DNA from: Bacteriovoracia bacterium
GTDB lineage: Bacteria; Bdellovibrionota; Bacteriovoracia; Bacteriovoracales; Bacteriovoracaceae
Assembly: GCA_046570105.1 (NCBI GenBank)
Contig: JBKHVI010000002.1
Location: forward strand, 10,638 to 74,637
Length of the DNA stretch: 64,000 nucleotides
Reading direction: 5' to 3'
How positions within the stretch are numbered: the stretch's first letter is position 1; the number at the start of each line of letters is the position of its first letter. The notes under the pieces were generated by a model. That model did no database searches. It saw only the letters and a list, made by a program, of their open reading frames with translations, and had not been told where the DNA came from. Shown here piece after piece: positions 10,056 to 19,131 of this stretch. The position numbers and the translations under genes are program-made.

Positions 10056-11500
10056 AGCTTAAAGTCACGACAGGGATTTGCTCCAGTCGCGGTCGAGCGT
10101 TTATAAAGCATGTCATAAACCTTTCTTTGGGCCAAACCAACTTCCACTGCTAAGACATGTGTTTCTTGCTGGCGCATAGGATATTTCTTCCAGAAATCTT
10201 GAATTTCTGCCAACTCAGGATATTGTTCTAAAAGCTGACTTCGTCTTTTTTTAGCATTCTCAATATTGGCGGCAGTAGCAGCTGCTTGGGCGGCATCTTG
10301 GCCTTTGAGTTTTGTGGACTGGCCCTTAAAGTAATCCTGCATTCGATCGAATTCTAGAGTAGCTAATTGTGCTCCATTATATTTGACACAACTTTGCTCA
10401 CGCTTAATTTTCTTCAGAGGATTGGCCTTAATTTCAGTACAAAACTCAGTCTCTTTAAGGGCCACATCAAAGCGCGCCTTTCTCATGTCAGCACGCAACT
10501 TTGCCAGATAATCATAGTAATTCACGACTCCAGCATGAAACTCACGTAATGTTCGTTCGGACTCTCCCCCATCAGCAACTTTTAATAAGTTTTCAACTTC
10601 GCGAATGAGAGCGGCTAAATGATTTTCAGGAGCGCAATGGTTAGTGTCTTTAATTTCTCTCTCTAAAAAAGCTGTCTGCTTATCAGAATTTGGATTGTAA
10701 TAATATAAGTAAGGACTAATCGCCTCATACAAGCGAGATTGTACATCACCACCTTGCGGAGATGAGATCATCGGAAAGCCAAAGTCTGCGTAGTTCACTC
10801 TTGCCTCAAGAAAGACTTCTTCTAAATTTCTGCCAGGAGCTAAAGCAGCATTAAAGCGGCCAGCGAAATTTGCAATCCCACCGCCATAAGCATAGTGCTC
10901 AGGACCGGTACTGGAGATGACACATGTTCCAGGATACTGTTTGGCCAAATTAAGTGTATTACCAGAGTGACAAGACAAATCAATCACGGCCAACTTAACA
11001 CCTTTCTGTTGGGCCAGTTCCGCAATTTTCTTTAATTTATCGAGAGAAACGACAGAAGTTCCCACATTATTGTAATTCGAAAGTGCCCCTTCAGCAGTGG
11101 CAATCTGATGGGTCATCTCCAATACCGGATTACGTGTGGCCCCATGGGTGTTGATATGAACCATTAATTGATCACCAGATTTCAACTCACCACTCAGTAG
11201 CTTTTTTTCATAGGCATCAAGTAGTTTATTGTAATTGGCGGTGGTAAAAGTCTGTCCGACAGGATTATAAGTCCCAAAATATTGGCCCGCAATTTTTTCT
11301 GTTTCACTGTGGCCGCCATTAAAGACTAGACTCGTTTCCCAATGGGGTGCTTTTTTCTTAAAATCACCGACTAAACTTAAATCAAGATCAAACATTGTTT
11401 TAGGTGCATTACGAGGCTCTCCCCCACCACCTAAAATAAGCATATGGTTCTTCGCCCAAACATTTGAACATATAAGAAACACGAGAAAAAACCATTTCAT
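10052..11500 (-). CDS. Secreted protein with clan CD (caspase/C13-like) peptidase motifs
   Basis: Signal peptide, GDQLMVHINTHG and VIDLSCHSG His/Cys dyad-like motifs. ATGA-coupled to the upstream gene. Confidence 0.6.
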   Translation of the reverse strand: MKWFFLVFLICSNVWAKNHMLILGGGGEPRNAPKTMFDLDLSLVGDFKKKAPHWETSLVFNGGHSETEKIAGQYFGTYNPVGQTFTTANYNKLLDAYEKKLLSGELKSGDQLMVHINTHGATRNPVLEMTHQIATAEGALSNYNNVGTSVVSLDKLKKIAELAQQKGVKLAVIDLSCHSGNTLNLAKQYPGTCVISSTGPEHYAYGGGIANFAGRFNAALAPGRNLEEVFLEARVNYADFGFPMISSPQGGDVQSRLYEAISPYLYYYNPNSDKQTAFLEREIKDTNHCAPENHLAALIREVENLLKVADGGESERTLREFHAGVVNYYDYLAKLRADMRKARFDVALKETEFCTEIKANPLKKIKREQSCVKYNGAQLATLEFDRMQDYFKGQSTKLKGQDAAQAAATAANIENAKKRRSQLLEQYPELAEIQDFWKKYPMRQQETHVLAVEVGLAQRKVYDMLYKRSTATGANPCRDFKL

Positions 11501-11829
11501 AAACACGCTTCTTCTTTTTTTAGGCGTAGAAATGAATTCTGAACGGGATTGAGAGGATTTGGTAGAGCATAATCAAGCTTGATGAAATCGACTGCATCAC
11601 CTTCACGAGGCTCAATCATTTTACTAATTCTTAATTCACCTTGAACCATTAAATCCACATAAGGTGCGAGCTTCATCTGTTCACTCATCGCTGGATAAAG
11701 AATGAATTGCGACAAACTTTTTTCGTTCAAAACGACTTGCATTTGATCCTCCACGATACGTGGAGTTCCTTTAAATTCATAAGTGCCACATTGAGCGAAA
11801 GCGAGAGTCGAGAAAAATAACCAAAGCAT
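11497..11829 (-). CDS. Small secreted hypothetical protein
   Basis: 110-aa ORF with a signal peptide (AFA), coupled to both neighbours. Confidence 0.6.
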   Translation of the reverse strand: MLWLFFSTLAFAQCGTYEFKGTPRIVEDQMQVVLNEKSLSQFILYPAMSEQMKLAPYVDLMVQGELRISKMIEPREGDAVDFIKLDYALPNPLNPVQNSFLRLKKEEACL

Positions 11830-13616
11830 TAGTAAGCTACCTTTAATACTTCATCGAGTGTCGTAACGCCTTCAATGATTTTGCGAGCACCATTCACTCG
11901 CAATGGCGTGAACAGGCCACGGGTCTTTTCTTTTAATTCTGTTATTTCTACTTTCGGATGAATAACTCTTTTAATCTTATCGTTGAACTTCACCAATTCA
12001 TAGACACACAAACGACCTAGGTAGCCGGTATGTTTGCATTCATCACAACCACGTGCCTCAAAAATTTTCTCTGGCATAGGAAGTTCTTCCCCATCAAGCA
12101 AAGTCTCCCACTTACTTTCATCTGTTGGGACTTCTGCTTTGCAGTGAGAACATAACTTTCTAACCAATCGTTGCGCCAGAATTCCAGATAATGATGAGTT
12201 GATAAGAAATGTCGGAAGGCCTAAGTCAATCAGTCGCTGTATGGTGGCCAGCGCACCATTGGTATGAAGCGTACTAAAGACCAAGTGGCCAGTAAGTGAA
12301 CTTTGAATCGCCATTTCACCAGTAGCAAGATCACGAATCTCGCCCACCATAATCACATCGGGATCTTGTCGCAAGAAAGCACGAATACATTCCGCAAAAT
12401 TAAGGCCGATTTGAGGATTTACTTGCACTTGGTTAAAGGTATCTACTTCCATCTCAATCGGATCTTCCGCAGTACAAACGTTCACATCTGGTGTCGCGAC
12501 AATACTAAGAGTCGTATAAAGCGTTGTTGTTTTACCTGAACCTGTTGGACCGGTCACAAGAATGAGGCCTTGTGGTTCATGGATCATGGTTTGCCAAGTG
12601 AAAAGGTCATCAGGTAAAAAACCAATGAACGAGAGATCTTGTCCTTGGACTTGCTTATCAAAAATACGAATAACCAGTTTTTCACCAAAGGCAGTGGGAA
12701 GTGTTGATAAGCGCATCTCAACACTTTTGCCGCTATCCATTTGACGCTTCAAACCGCCGTCAAGAGGCTTGCGTTTTTCATCAAGCTTCATATCTCCCAG
12801 GATTTTGAAGCGGGAGACAATCATCATAAGAATTTCATGATCTAAGCGATAAACTGTGCGCAGCTCTCCATCTACACGGAAGCGCACGAGACCCAGACCT
12901 TTTTTAGGTTCAATATGAATATCTGAGGCACGCTCCATAACGGCATAATTAATCAGCCAATCAACAATACGGGCAACAGAGCTATCTTGTGGGCCGGTAT
13001 TCTTCGCGCGTGAAGTTTCAACCAGCTTATCAAGCTCGTTGATTTTCCCCTGGCGCATAAGCTTGATTTTTTCGTCGCCCGACTTTCCTTGCTCACGTGA
13101 AACACTCTTGAGTGCTTTTTGCACCACAAAGACTTCATTCAATAAATGACGAATTTGCGCTGGTGTCGATAATTTGAGTTGAATTTTTCGCTTGGTTTGA
13201 GCTGCTACTTCATCAATCCAATCGGTCACTAATGGCTCACTGGTGGCAATCACTACATGAGTCGGAGTCACCTCTACGGGGACAATTCCTAAGCGTTCGG
13301 CATAGGGGCCAGGGATTAGAAACGAGATTGAATCTAAATTGATGTTGAGTGAATCAAGCCGCAAATAAGTAAGATCAAAAGATTTCGCCACTGTTTGTGC
13401 CAGTTCATCATAGGAAAGTTTTTTACCTACAATTCTACGATCAGCTAACGAAATTCCCTGCAAAAGCTGGAGAGGGTGTTCTTTAGAAGAGGCCCATTGT
13501 TTTTGGATTAACTCCAGTTGGCCTTGAGTAATAAGGCCTGCATCGAGCAGAGGCTTGAGCACATCAAGCTGGCCTAGTCTTTGTTCAGCAAAATGTGTTT
13601 TTCTTAAAGTGGTCAT
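11829..13616 (-). CDS. GspE/PilB-family secretion/pilus assembly ATPase
   Basis: ASDIHIEP, Walker A GPTGSGKTT, LRQDPDVIMVGEIRD, STLHTN, CxxC..CxxC. Confidence 0.93.
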   Translation of the reverse strand: MTTLRKTHFAEQRLGQLDVLKPLLDAGLITQGQLELIQKQWASSKEHPLQLLQGISLADRRIVGKKLSYDELAQTVAKSFDLTYLRLDSLNINLDSISFLIPGPYAERLGIVPVEVTPTHVVIATSEPLVTDWIDEVAAQTKRKIQLKLSTPAQIRHLLNEVFVVQKALKSVSREQGKSGDEKIKLMRQGKINELDKLVETSRAKNTGPQDSSVARIVDWLINYAVMERASDIHIEPKKGLGLVRFRVDGELRTVYRLDHEILMMIVSRFKILGDMKLDEKRKPLDGGLKRQMDSGKSVEMRLSTLPTAFGEKLVIRIFDKQVQGQDLSFIGFLPDDLFTWQTMIHEPQGLILVTGPTGSGKTTTLYTTLSIVATPDVNVCTAEDPIEMEVDTFNQVQVNPQIGLNFAECIRAFLRQDPDVIMVGEIRDLATGEMAIQSSLTGHLVFSTLHTNGALATIQRLIDLGLPTFLINSSLSGILAQRLVRKLCSHCKAEVPTDESKWETLLDGEELPMPEKIFEARGCDECKHTGYLGRLCVYELVKFNDKIKRVIHPKVEITELKEKTRGLFTPLRVNGARKIIEGVTTLDEVLKVAY

Positions 13617-13637
13617 ACTGAGTTCTCCCCAGAAGAC

Positions 13638-13664
13638 TTATCGGCTTGTGATAAAAAATGTTTT
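13638..13664 (-). promoter_or_regulatory. Putative sigma28 (FliA) promoter for the GspE/PilB operon
   Basis: Minus strand AAAA-N15-GCCGATAA with a consensus -10 box, followed by a GGGGAG SD. Confidence 0.6.
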
Positions 13665-13706
13665 CCTCTCAGGTACACTTTTCTGCGATTATGATAGAAT
13701 TTTTTT

Positions 13707-14705
13707 ATGAAAGTCTCAGATATCCTCGCTGGGCTCTCCCGAGATGAGCTGCAATCTGTACTCGCGAAGTCGGATGTTCGTGGTTTACTCACGCTAGGGA
13801 TCAATTACTTGCTCATATTGGGGTGTTTCACTCTGGTTTATCGCTATCCGACGATGTTCTGGTCTTGGTTATTGGCGACTATTATTTTAGGCAATCGCCT
13901 TCTAGGCCTTGCGATTCTGATGCATGATTGTGCTCACGGCTCACTTTTTAAATCTCCCAAACTGAATAAAGTTTTTGGAAAGTGGCTGTGTGCTGCTCCT
14001 GTGATGGCAGATTTGGATCGTTATAGAACCTATCATCTTGAACATCATCGCACCGCCGGCTCCAGTGAAGATCCGGATCGTTCTAACTACCAAGGCTATC
14101 CTGTTACTGCAGGGAGTATGGTGAGGAAATTATCTCGTGATTTGATAGGCCTGACAGGTGCCAAGATTTTTCTGCTCGTACTAAAAATGAATGCCGGTAC
14201 GGTTAAATACCAGCTCTCTTACGATGCTAATAAAAAATCTGCCGGCATTCCTCTCTCACAACAAATCGCTAATATTTTTCGTGGCCTTTATCCCACCTTG
14301 CTTATTCACACCACACTCTTCTTATGCTGTTGGCTGATTGGGCGCCCATCCCATTATCTTCTTTGGTGGCTCGCCTGGATGACTTGGTACATGGTGTTTA
14401 GTCGAATTCGTAATGCCGCCGAACATGGCGCAACGATTGACATCAATGATCTAGACCCCTTAAAAAATACCCGCACAACTCTGGCAAACTTTCTGGAGCG
14501 TCTGACTGTCGCTCCCAATTATGTGAACTACCATTTAGAGCATCACCTACTCGCAACAGTGCCACCCCATAAGCTAAAGGCCTTCCATCGTCTCTTAATG
14601 AAAAAAGATGTGCTCCAACATTCCAAAATTGCGAGTGGCTATTTAGAAGTTATGTCTGACTTGGTGGCGACGGCACCAAGAGATGGCGATAAGTCTCACG
14701 TCTAG
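13707..14705 (+). CDS. Membrane fatty acid desaturase family protein
   Basis: Three His boxes (HDCAH, HLEHH, YHLEHH) and TM segments. Confidence 0.88.
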   Translation: MKVSDILAGLSRDELQSVLAKSDVRGLLTLGINYLLILGCFTLVYRYPTMFWSWLLATIILGNRLLGLAILMHDCAHGSLFKSPKLNKVFGKWLCAAPVMADLDRYRTYHLEHHRTAGSSEDPDRSNYQGYPVTAGSMVRKLSRDLIGLTGAKIFLLVLKMNAGTVKYQLSYDANKKSAGIPLSQQIANIFRGLYPTLLIHTTLFLCCWLIGRPSHYLLWWLAWMTWYMVFSRIRNAAEHGATIDINDLDPLKNTRTTLANFLERLTVAPNYVNYHLEHHLLATVPPHKLKAFHRLLMKKDVLQHSKIASGYLEVMSDLVATAPRDGDKSHV

Positions 14706-15681
14706 AAAATAAACGAGACAATCCTTCATCTATGCTGATCTGGGGATTAAACCCTAACTCACGTTCTGCTTTGGCATGTGAGAACCAGTGATCAGTTCCC
14801 ATATTGAGTGCCACAAAACGAGTGACAGGTGGCTCAGGTGAATAAATACCGGCAATTTTCCAGAGATTTTCAAATATATTTCCCATGAAAGTTGCCATGC
14901 CCAGACTGATATTCTGATCTGGTAATGGTGCCTCGGCATGTCTTAGGACTTTTTCAATGAAATCCCACAATCTTACTGGGCCCTGGCCTAAAAAATAAGT
15001 TTGTCCATTCACAACCGAACCCGGCGCGAGTTTTTCAAGTGCTAGCACATGGGCCCGTGCTGCTTCTTCCACGTAAATCACATCGACTTGGTTCTCACCT
15101 GAGCCGACAATTTTTAATTTTCCTAAACGTGCTTGATTCACTACGCGAGGAATGAGGTTCTGATCCCCTGGCCCCCAAATGAGATGAGGACGAAGTGCGA
15201 CGGTAAAAAACTCAGAGCTATTAGCGGCCAAAACGATCTTCTCAGCAGCAGCTTTGGTACGAGGATAATGCGCCAAATGTTTTTCAGGATAAGGCAGAGA
15301 TTCGTCGGCGCCTTGATGGCCACCACGGCCAAAGACACTACTAGGAGAGCTGGTATAGACAAACTTCTTCACACCAAATTTTTTAGCGATCTCCAGCAAG
15401 TTTTGGGTTCCCTGGATATTAATACGATCAAATACTTCTCGCTTCCCCCACATACCAACTAATGAAGCCACATGTAAGATGGCATCAAAGCCCTGAGAGA
15501 GAGCATGTTCTACGTCAGCAGCGTGAGTAATATCACCACGAATAGTCGGCACACCCATTTCTTCTAGATGTTCGTAGTTATGACGAGAAAAATTAGTAAC
15601 AAGGTAGGTTGGATTTTTAAGTAACTCTTTAATAATCCATGTGCCTAAAAAGCCCCCACCACCTGTAACGAGAATTTTCAT
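14650..15681 (-). CDS. oleD: 2-alkyl-3-oxoalkanoate reductase OleD (3-beta-HSD-like SDR)
   Basis: VTGGGGFLG, YPRTK, LRPHLIWGPGD. Last gene of the oleABCD order. Confidence 0.85.
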   Translation of the reverse strand: MKILVTGGGGFLGTWIIKELLKNPTYLVTNFSRHNYEHLEEMGVPTIRGDITHAADVEHALSQGFDAILHVASLVGMWGKREVFDRINIQGTQNLLEIAKKFGVKKFVYTSSPSSVFGRGGHQGADESLPYPEKHLAHYPRTKAAAEKIVLAANSSEFFTVALRPHLIWGPGDQNLIPRVVNQARLGKLKIVGSGENQVDVIYVEEAARAHVLALEKLAPGSVVNGQTYFLGQGPVRLWDFIEKVLRHAEAPLPDQNISLGMATFMGNIFENLWKIAGIYSPEPPVTRFVALNMGTDHWFSHAKAERELGFNPQISIDEGLSRLFSRRETYRHLLVPSPPSQT

Positions 15682-17261
15682 TGATGTGCCTCTTGGATCT
15701 GACGACCTAGTGCCTCGCGATCAATTTTTATATTGTGACGAACATCCACAGGAAAATCTTTATGAACAAAAAAATCCTGTATCTCTTTAGCATACTCTGA
15801 TTGCTGACCTAGTGCCTTGAGCTCAGCTTTGATTTTATTTTCATCGGTGGGTACTTTAAGTTCCACTACAATTGAAGGTCGCTTCTTATAGTGCACTAAA
15901 GCACTTCGCAAAACTAAAGGATGCTGATTAAAAATGGCTTCCACTTGAATGGGGTAAAAACCATTCACCACATGATTCTTGCGTCCACAAAACCATATAC
16001 GGCCTTCGGCATCTTTATAACCCACATCACCCATACAATGTGCAAGGCCCTGTGGTGTTGCAATTTTCGCCAAAAGAGTTGCCTCCTCTCTTTCAAAATA
16101 TCCCGGTGTAACAGTCGAACCTCTGACAACAATTTCACCAATCTCACCCGTCGCAAGTTCGATGATTTCACTCTTTGGAATATCCGAAGCCTTAATGATG
16201 AAAACTTCATTGGTTAGAGAAGGCCTACCAATACAAACTCCCGCACCTTTTTTGGTTTTCTCCCAGGTTTCACTCAAAATTTCTCTTCCGCTAATACAAC
16301 TCACTGGCAGACATTCTGTCGCACCATAAGGAGTATAAGTCGTTCCATCGGTGAGTATCGGCGCCCACATCTCATGAATCTCTCCCCGCACCGGTGCTCC
16401 AAACATCACAACATATTTTAATTTTGGCAGAGTAATTTTTTGCTCACGACAAAAGCGTCCTACTCTCTCCCAAATGGCGGGAGAGCCGGCAGCAAAACTG
16501 ATATTCTGTTCAAGTAAGGTCCGCACCAATTTCGCCGGATCACAATGAGCAGGCCTTGTCGGATCCATATCAGGAATCACACTGGTCATTCCCATCGCAA
16601 GCGTAAATAGTGCGAACAAAGGAAAACCCGGCATATCGATTTCATTTTCATTGAGTGAAAATAAATCTCTCAACATCTCCGTCTGCGCTCGCAAAATGCC
16701 ATGAGTCGTAACGACACCTTTAGGAGTGCCAGTGCCACCGGAAGTAAAAAGAATGGCGGCAGGATCGGTGTCTTTGGCATCGTAGAGGGAAATATCAGCT
16801 GGGTAAGCATCAAGCTTATTAAATAAATGGGGTGCCAATAAAATATTTTTCTCAGTCGAGAAGGCCCATTTAACTGAAGAGAATGTCGGAATAAAAATAC
16901 GACGTAACAAATGAACGAGATTAACTCCGATCAATCCGACCGGGCGTACTTCTTTAATTGCTCGCAATAGATTCTTACGTCCCATACCTGGATCAATCAA
17001 AACCGGCACGGCCCCAAGCTTAAAAAGCGCAAAGGTAATGACGGAAAAGTCGAGACTGGGACGAACAAACAATAAAACACGATCGCCCACTTTAACTCCC
17101 TTGCGTGAAAGTCTTGCGGCAATTTGTTGAGAACGTCGCTCAAACTGAGCAAAAGTATAAAACGGATAAGTATTGCCTTGTCCCCCTGCCACTGTCATGA
17201 CGACAGATTTTTTCTCGGGATAGCGCTCAGCTTGTTCTTGAATGAGGCGGGCGATATTCAC
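15678..17261 (-). CDS. oleC: Olefin beta-lactone synthetase OleC (AMP-dependent ligase family)
   Basis: LIDPGMG, FTSGGTGTPKG, TPYGATECLP, FPVDVRHNIKI. Confidence 0.88.
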   Translation of the reverse strand: MNIARLIQEQAERYPEKKSVVMTVAGGQGNTYPFYTFAQFERRSQQIAARLSRKGVKVGDRVLLFVRPSLDFSVITFALFKLGAVPVLIDPGMGRKNLLRAIKEVRPVGLIGVNLVHLLRRIFIPTFSSVKWAFSTEKNILLAPHLFNKLDAYPADISLYDAKDTDPAAILFTSGGTGTPKGVVTTHGILRAQTEMLRDLFSLNENEIDMPGFPLFALFTLAMGMTSVIPDMDPTRPAHCDPAKLVRTLLEQNISFAAGSPAIWERVGRFCREQKITLPKLKYVVMFGAPVRGEIHEMWAPILTDGTTYTPYGATECLPVSCISGREILSETWEKTKKGAGVCIGRPSLTNEVFIIKASDIPKSEIIELATGEIGEIVVRGSTVTPGYFEREEATLLAKIATPQGLAHCMGDVGYKDAEGRIWFCGRKNHVVNGFYPIQVEAIFNQHPLVLRSALVHYKKRPSIVVELKVPTDENKIKAELKALGQQSEYAKEIQDFFVHKDFPVDVRHNIKIDREALGRQIQEAHQ

Positions 17262-18118
17262 CGGGTTCTCCCAATGAAATTCACCATGCTTTCAATCGCC
17301 TTCTTCGGCGCATCTTCTAAAACATAGTGGCCAGCATCGGCAATCCAATGGGCCTCAGCATCGGGATAAATCGAGAGCCATTTTTCAAAGAAGCCACGAT
17401 TAAAGCAGAAATCTTTTCCGCCCCAAACAATCAATTTTGGCACGGTGACTTTAGGCAAATCATTTTCAATTTTCTGGAGCGTCTTCCATGATGGATGTTT
17501 GTTATCGAGAGGAATGTCTTGCACGAAGCGCGACACCGCCACACGATTTTTCCAAGAGTCATAGGGCGCGAGGTACGCCTTCTTCACTTCAGAACTCAAG
17601 CCGCGCTTGGAGGCCATAAAAGTAGCAGGCCATGCAAAACCGTTGAGGCCGCGCACCAAAAATTCACCAAAGCGCCCGGCCTTACAAATGGCGATACGCT
17701 TAGGAATGTCTTCACTTAAAAACGCCGCAGTATTAAGTACGATCACTCGTTTAATCAAATGTGGATGACGTGTAGCAAATCCCATCCCAATCGCACCACC
17801 CCAATCATGCACGACGAGTGTAATATCTTTAAGCTGCAAAAAGCTCACGAGTTTTTCAAGATTCTGAATATGATTTTCTAAGGTGTAAGAGTAATCCTGG
17901 GGTTTATCAGAAAAGCCACAGCCCATATGATCAGGAACCACACAGCGAAAATGTCCACTGAAGGCCTTGATGAGGTGGCGATAATAAAATGACCAAGTGG
18001 GATTACCGTGCACCATAAGCATCGCCGGCCCTGTGCCCTCATCAACATAATTTAAGTTCAATCCTTCGAGACCCAAAAAATGATGGCGCCAAGGATAGAG
18101 TTCGGTTGAAACTTTCAT
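17258..18118 (-). CDS. oleB: Beta-lactone decarboxylase OleB (haloalkane dehalogenase-like alpha/beta hydrolase)
   Basis: HGNPTWSFYYR, VHDWGGAIG, AGHYVLEDA. Lies between oleA and oleC. Confidence 0.88.
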   Translation of the reverse strand: MKVSTELYPWRHHFLGLEGLNLNYVDEGTGPAMLMVHGNPTWSFYYRHLIKAFSGHFRCVVPDHMGCGFSDKPQDYSYTLENHIQNLEKLVSFLQLKDITLVVHDWGGAIGMGFATRHPHLIKRVIVLNTAAFLSEDIPKRIAICKAGRFGEFLVRGLNGFAWPATFMASKRGLSSEVKKAYLAPYDSWKNRVAVSRFVQDIPLDNKHPSWKTLQKIENDLPKVTVPKLIVWGGKDFCFNRGFFEKWLSIYPDAEAHWIADAGHYVLEDAPKKAIESMVNFIGRTR

Positions 18119-19131
18119 GTCATCTCCATAGCGAGCATTGTTGAAACGAGCCCTGATCCGATTCCCGTCAAGGCGACCTTATCGCCTGCTTTAAGTACAC
18201 CTGCCTCATGAGCTTTTGAGAAAGTCAGAGGAAGGGCCGCCGAACCGGTGTTACCAAATTGATCAAAAGTGACATAATCAGGAATATTTGTGGCGGCGAG
18301 TGCTTCGAGAAAACCACGCCGATGAGTGGAACCGACTTGATGAGGAATGATTTTATTTGCTCGTGGAAACTCTAAGAGATACTGCTGCCAAGTTTTTTGT
18401 GCCAAGGCCACACCACGCTTCATCAATTCTTCTGAATCTGTTTCCATGACGAGCTCTTCCAGATTCCCTGAACCCTGACAAAGTTCCACGGCACTGGAAT
18501 CAGTCAAACTCACGCCACCTAAAATCTTAGGCGCGCTTACCGCGAGACTCTCATGCGTTAAAAGCCAAGCAACCCCAGCAGAACCAATCGTCAAAGAGGC
18601 GATATATTTTTTAATCGACTGACGAGTAATCGTCAGATCATCTTTTAAAATTTCTAACGTGCGCAAAAGCAGAGGTCCAGAATTCTCCCCTGAAACAATC
18701 AAGGCCGCTTTAATAACTCCCGCTTCAATCATTTGTGAGGCCATGAGAGTGGCAGTCACTACTCCTAAACAAGCATTGGAGAGATCAAACAACTGACATT
18801 GAGGTGAGAGTTTTAAATTTTTATGAACCACACTGGCGGTGGCCGGTTCTAAAAAATCCCGGCAGACAGAGGCATGAATTAAAAGACCAATCTCAGAGCG
18901 CGGGAATGTTCCAAGTGCTTTTTCTGACGCCATGGTAGCAATCTCAGAAGGACGAGTGCCTCGAGGCCAGTACCCCCTGCGATTAATTCCCGTTTGTAAT
19001 TCCAGGCGACCTTCGGGCAATTTCAAGCGCTCATAGGTGGCACCCAAGTGTTTTTCAATTTCAGTGCTAGTCAAAAAATGACTAGGTTCTTGGTAAGCAT
19101 GGGAATGTAAACGCACACTTTGAAACTTCAT
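18115..19131 (-). CDS. oleA: Acyl-CoA:acyl-CoA head-to-head condensing thiolase OleA
   Basis: RDFLEPATA (OleA Glu), SNACLG, PHQVG, GNTGSA, GIGSGL. Confidence 0.88.
   Translation of the reverse strand: MKFQSVRLHSHAYQEPSHFLTSTEIEKHLGATYERLKLPEGRLELQTGINRRGYWPRGTRPSEIATMASEKALGTFPRSEIGLLIHASVCRDFLEPATASVVHKNLKLSPQCQLFDLSNACLGVVTATLMASQMIEAGVIKAALIVSGENSGPLLLRTLEILKDDLTITRQSIKKYIASLTIGSAGVAWLLTHESLAVSAPKILGGVSLTDSSAVELCQGSGNLEELVMETDSEELMKRGVALAQKTWQQYLLEFPRANKIIPHQVGSTHRRGFLEALAATNIPDYVTFDQFGNTGSAALPLTFSKAHEAGVLKAGDKVALTGIGSGLVSTMLAMEMT

Noticed and set aside
17258..18118. Haloalkane dehalogenase call
   Set aside because: Its position between oleA and oleC identifies it as OleB.
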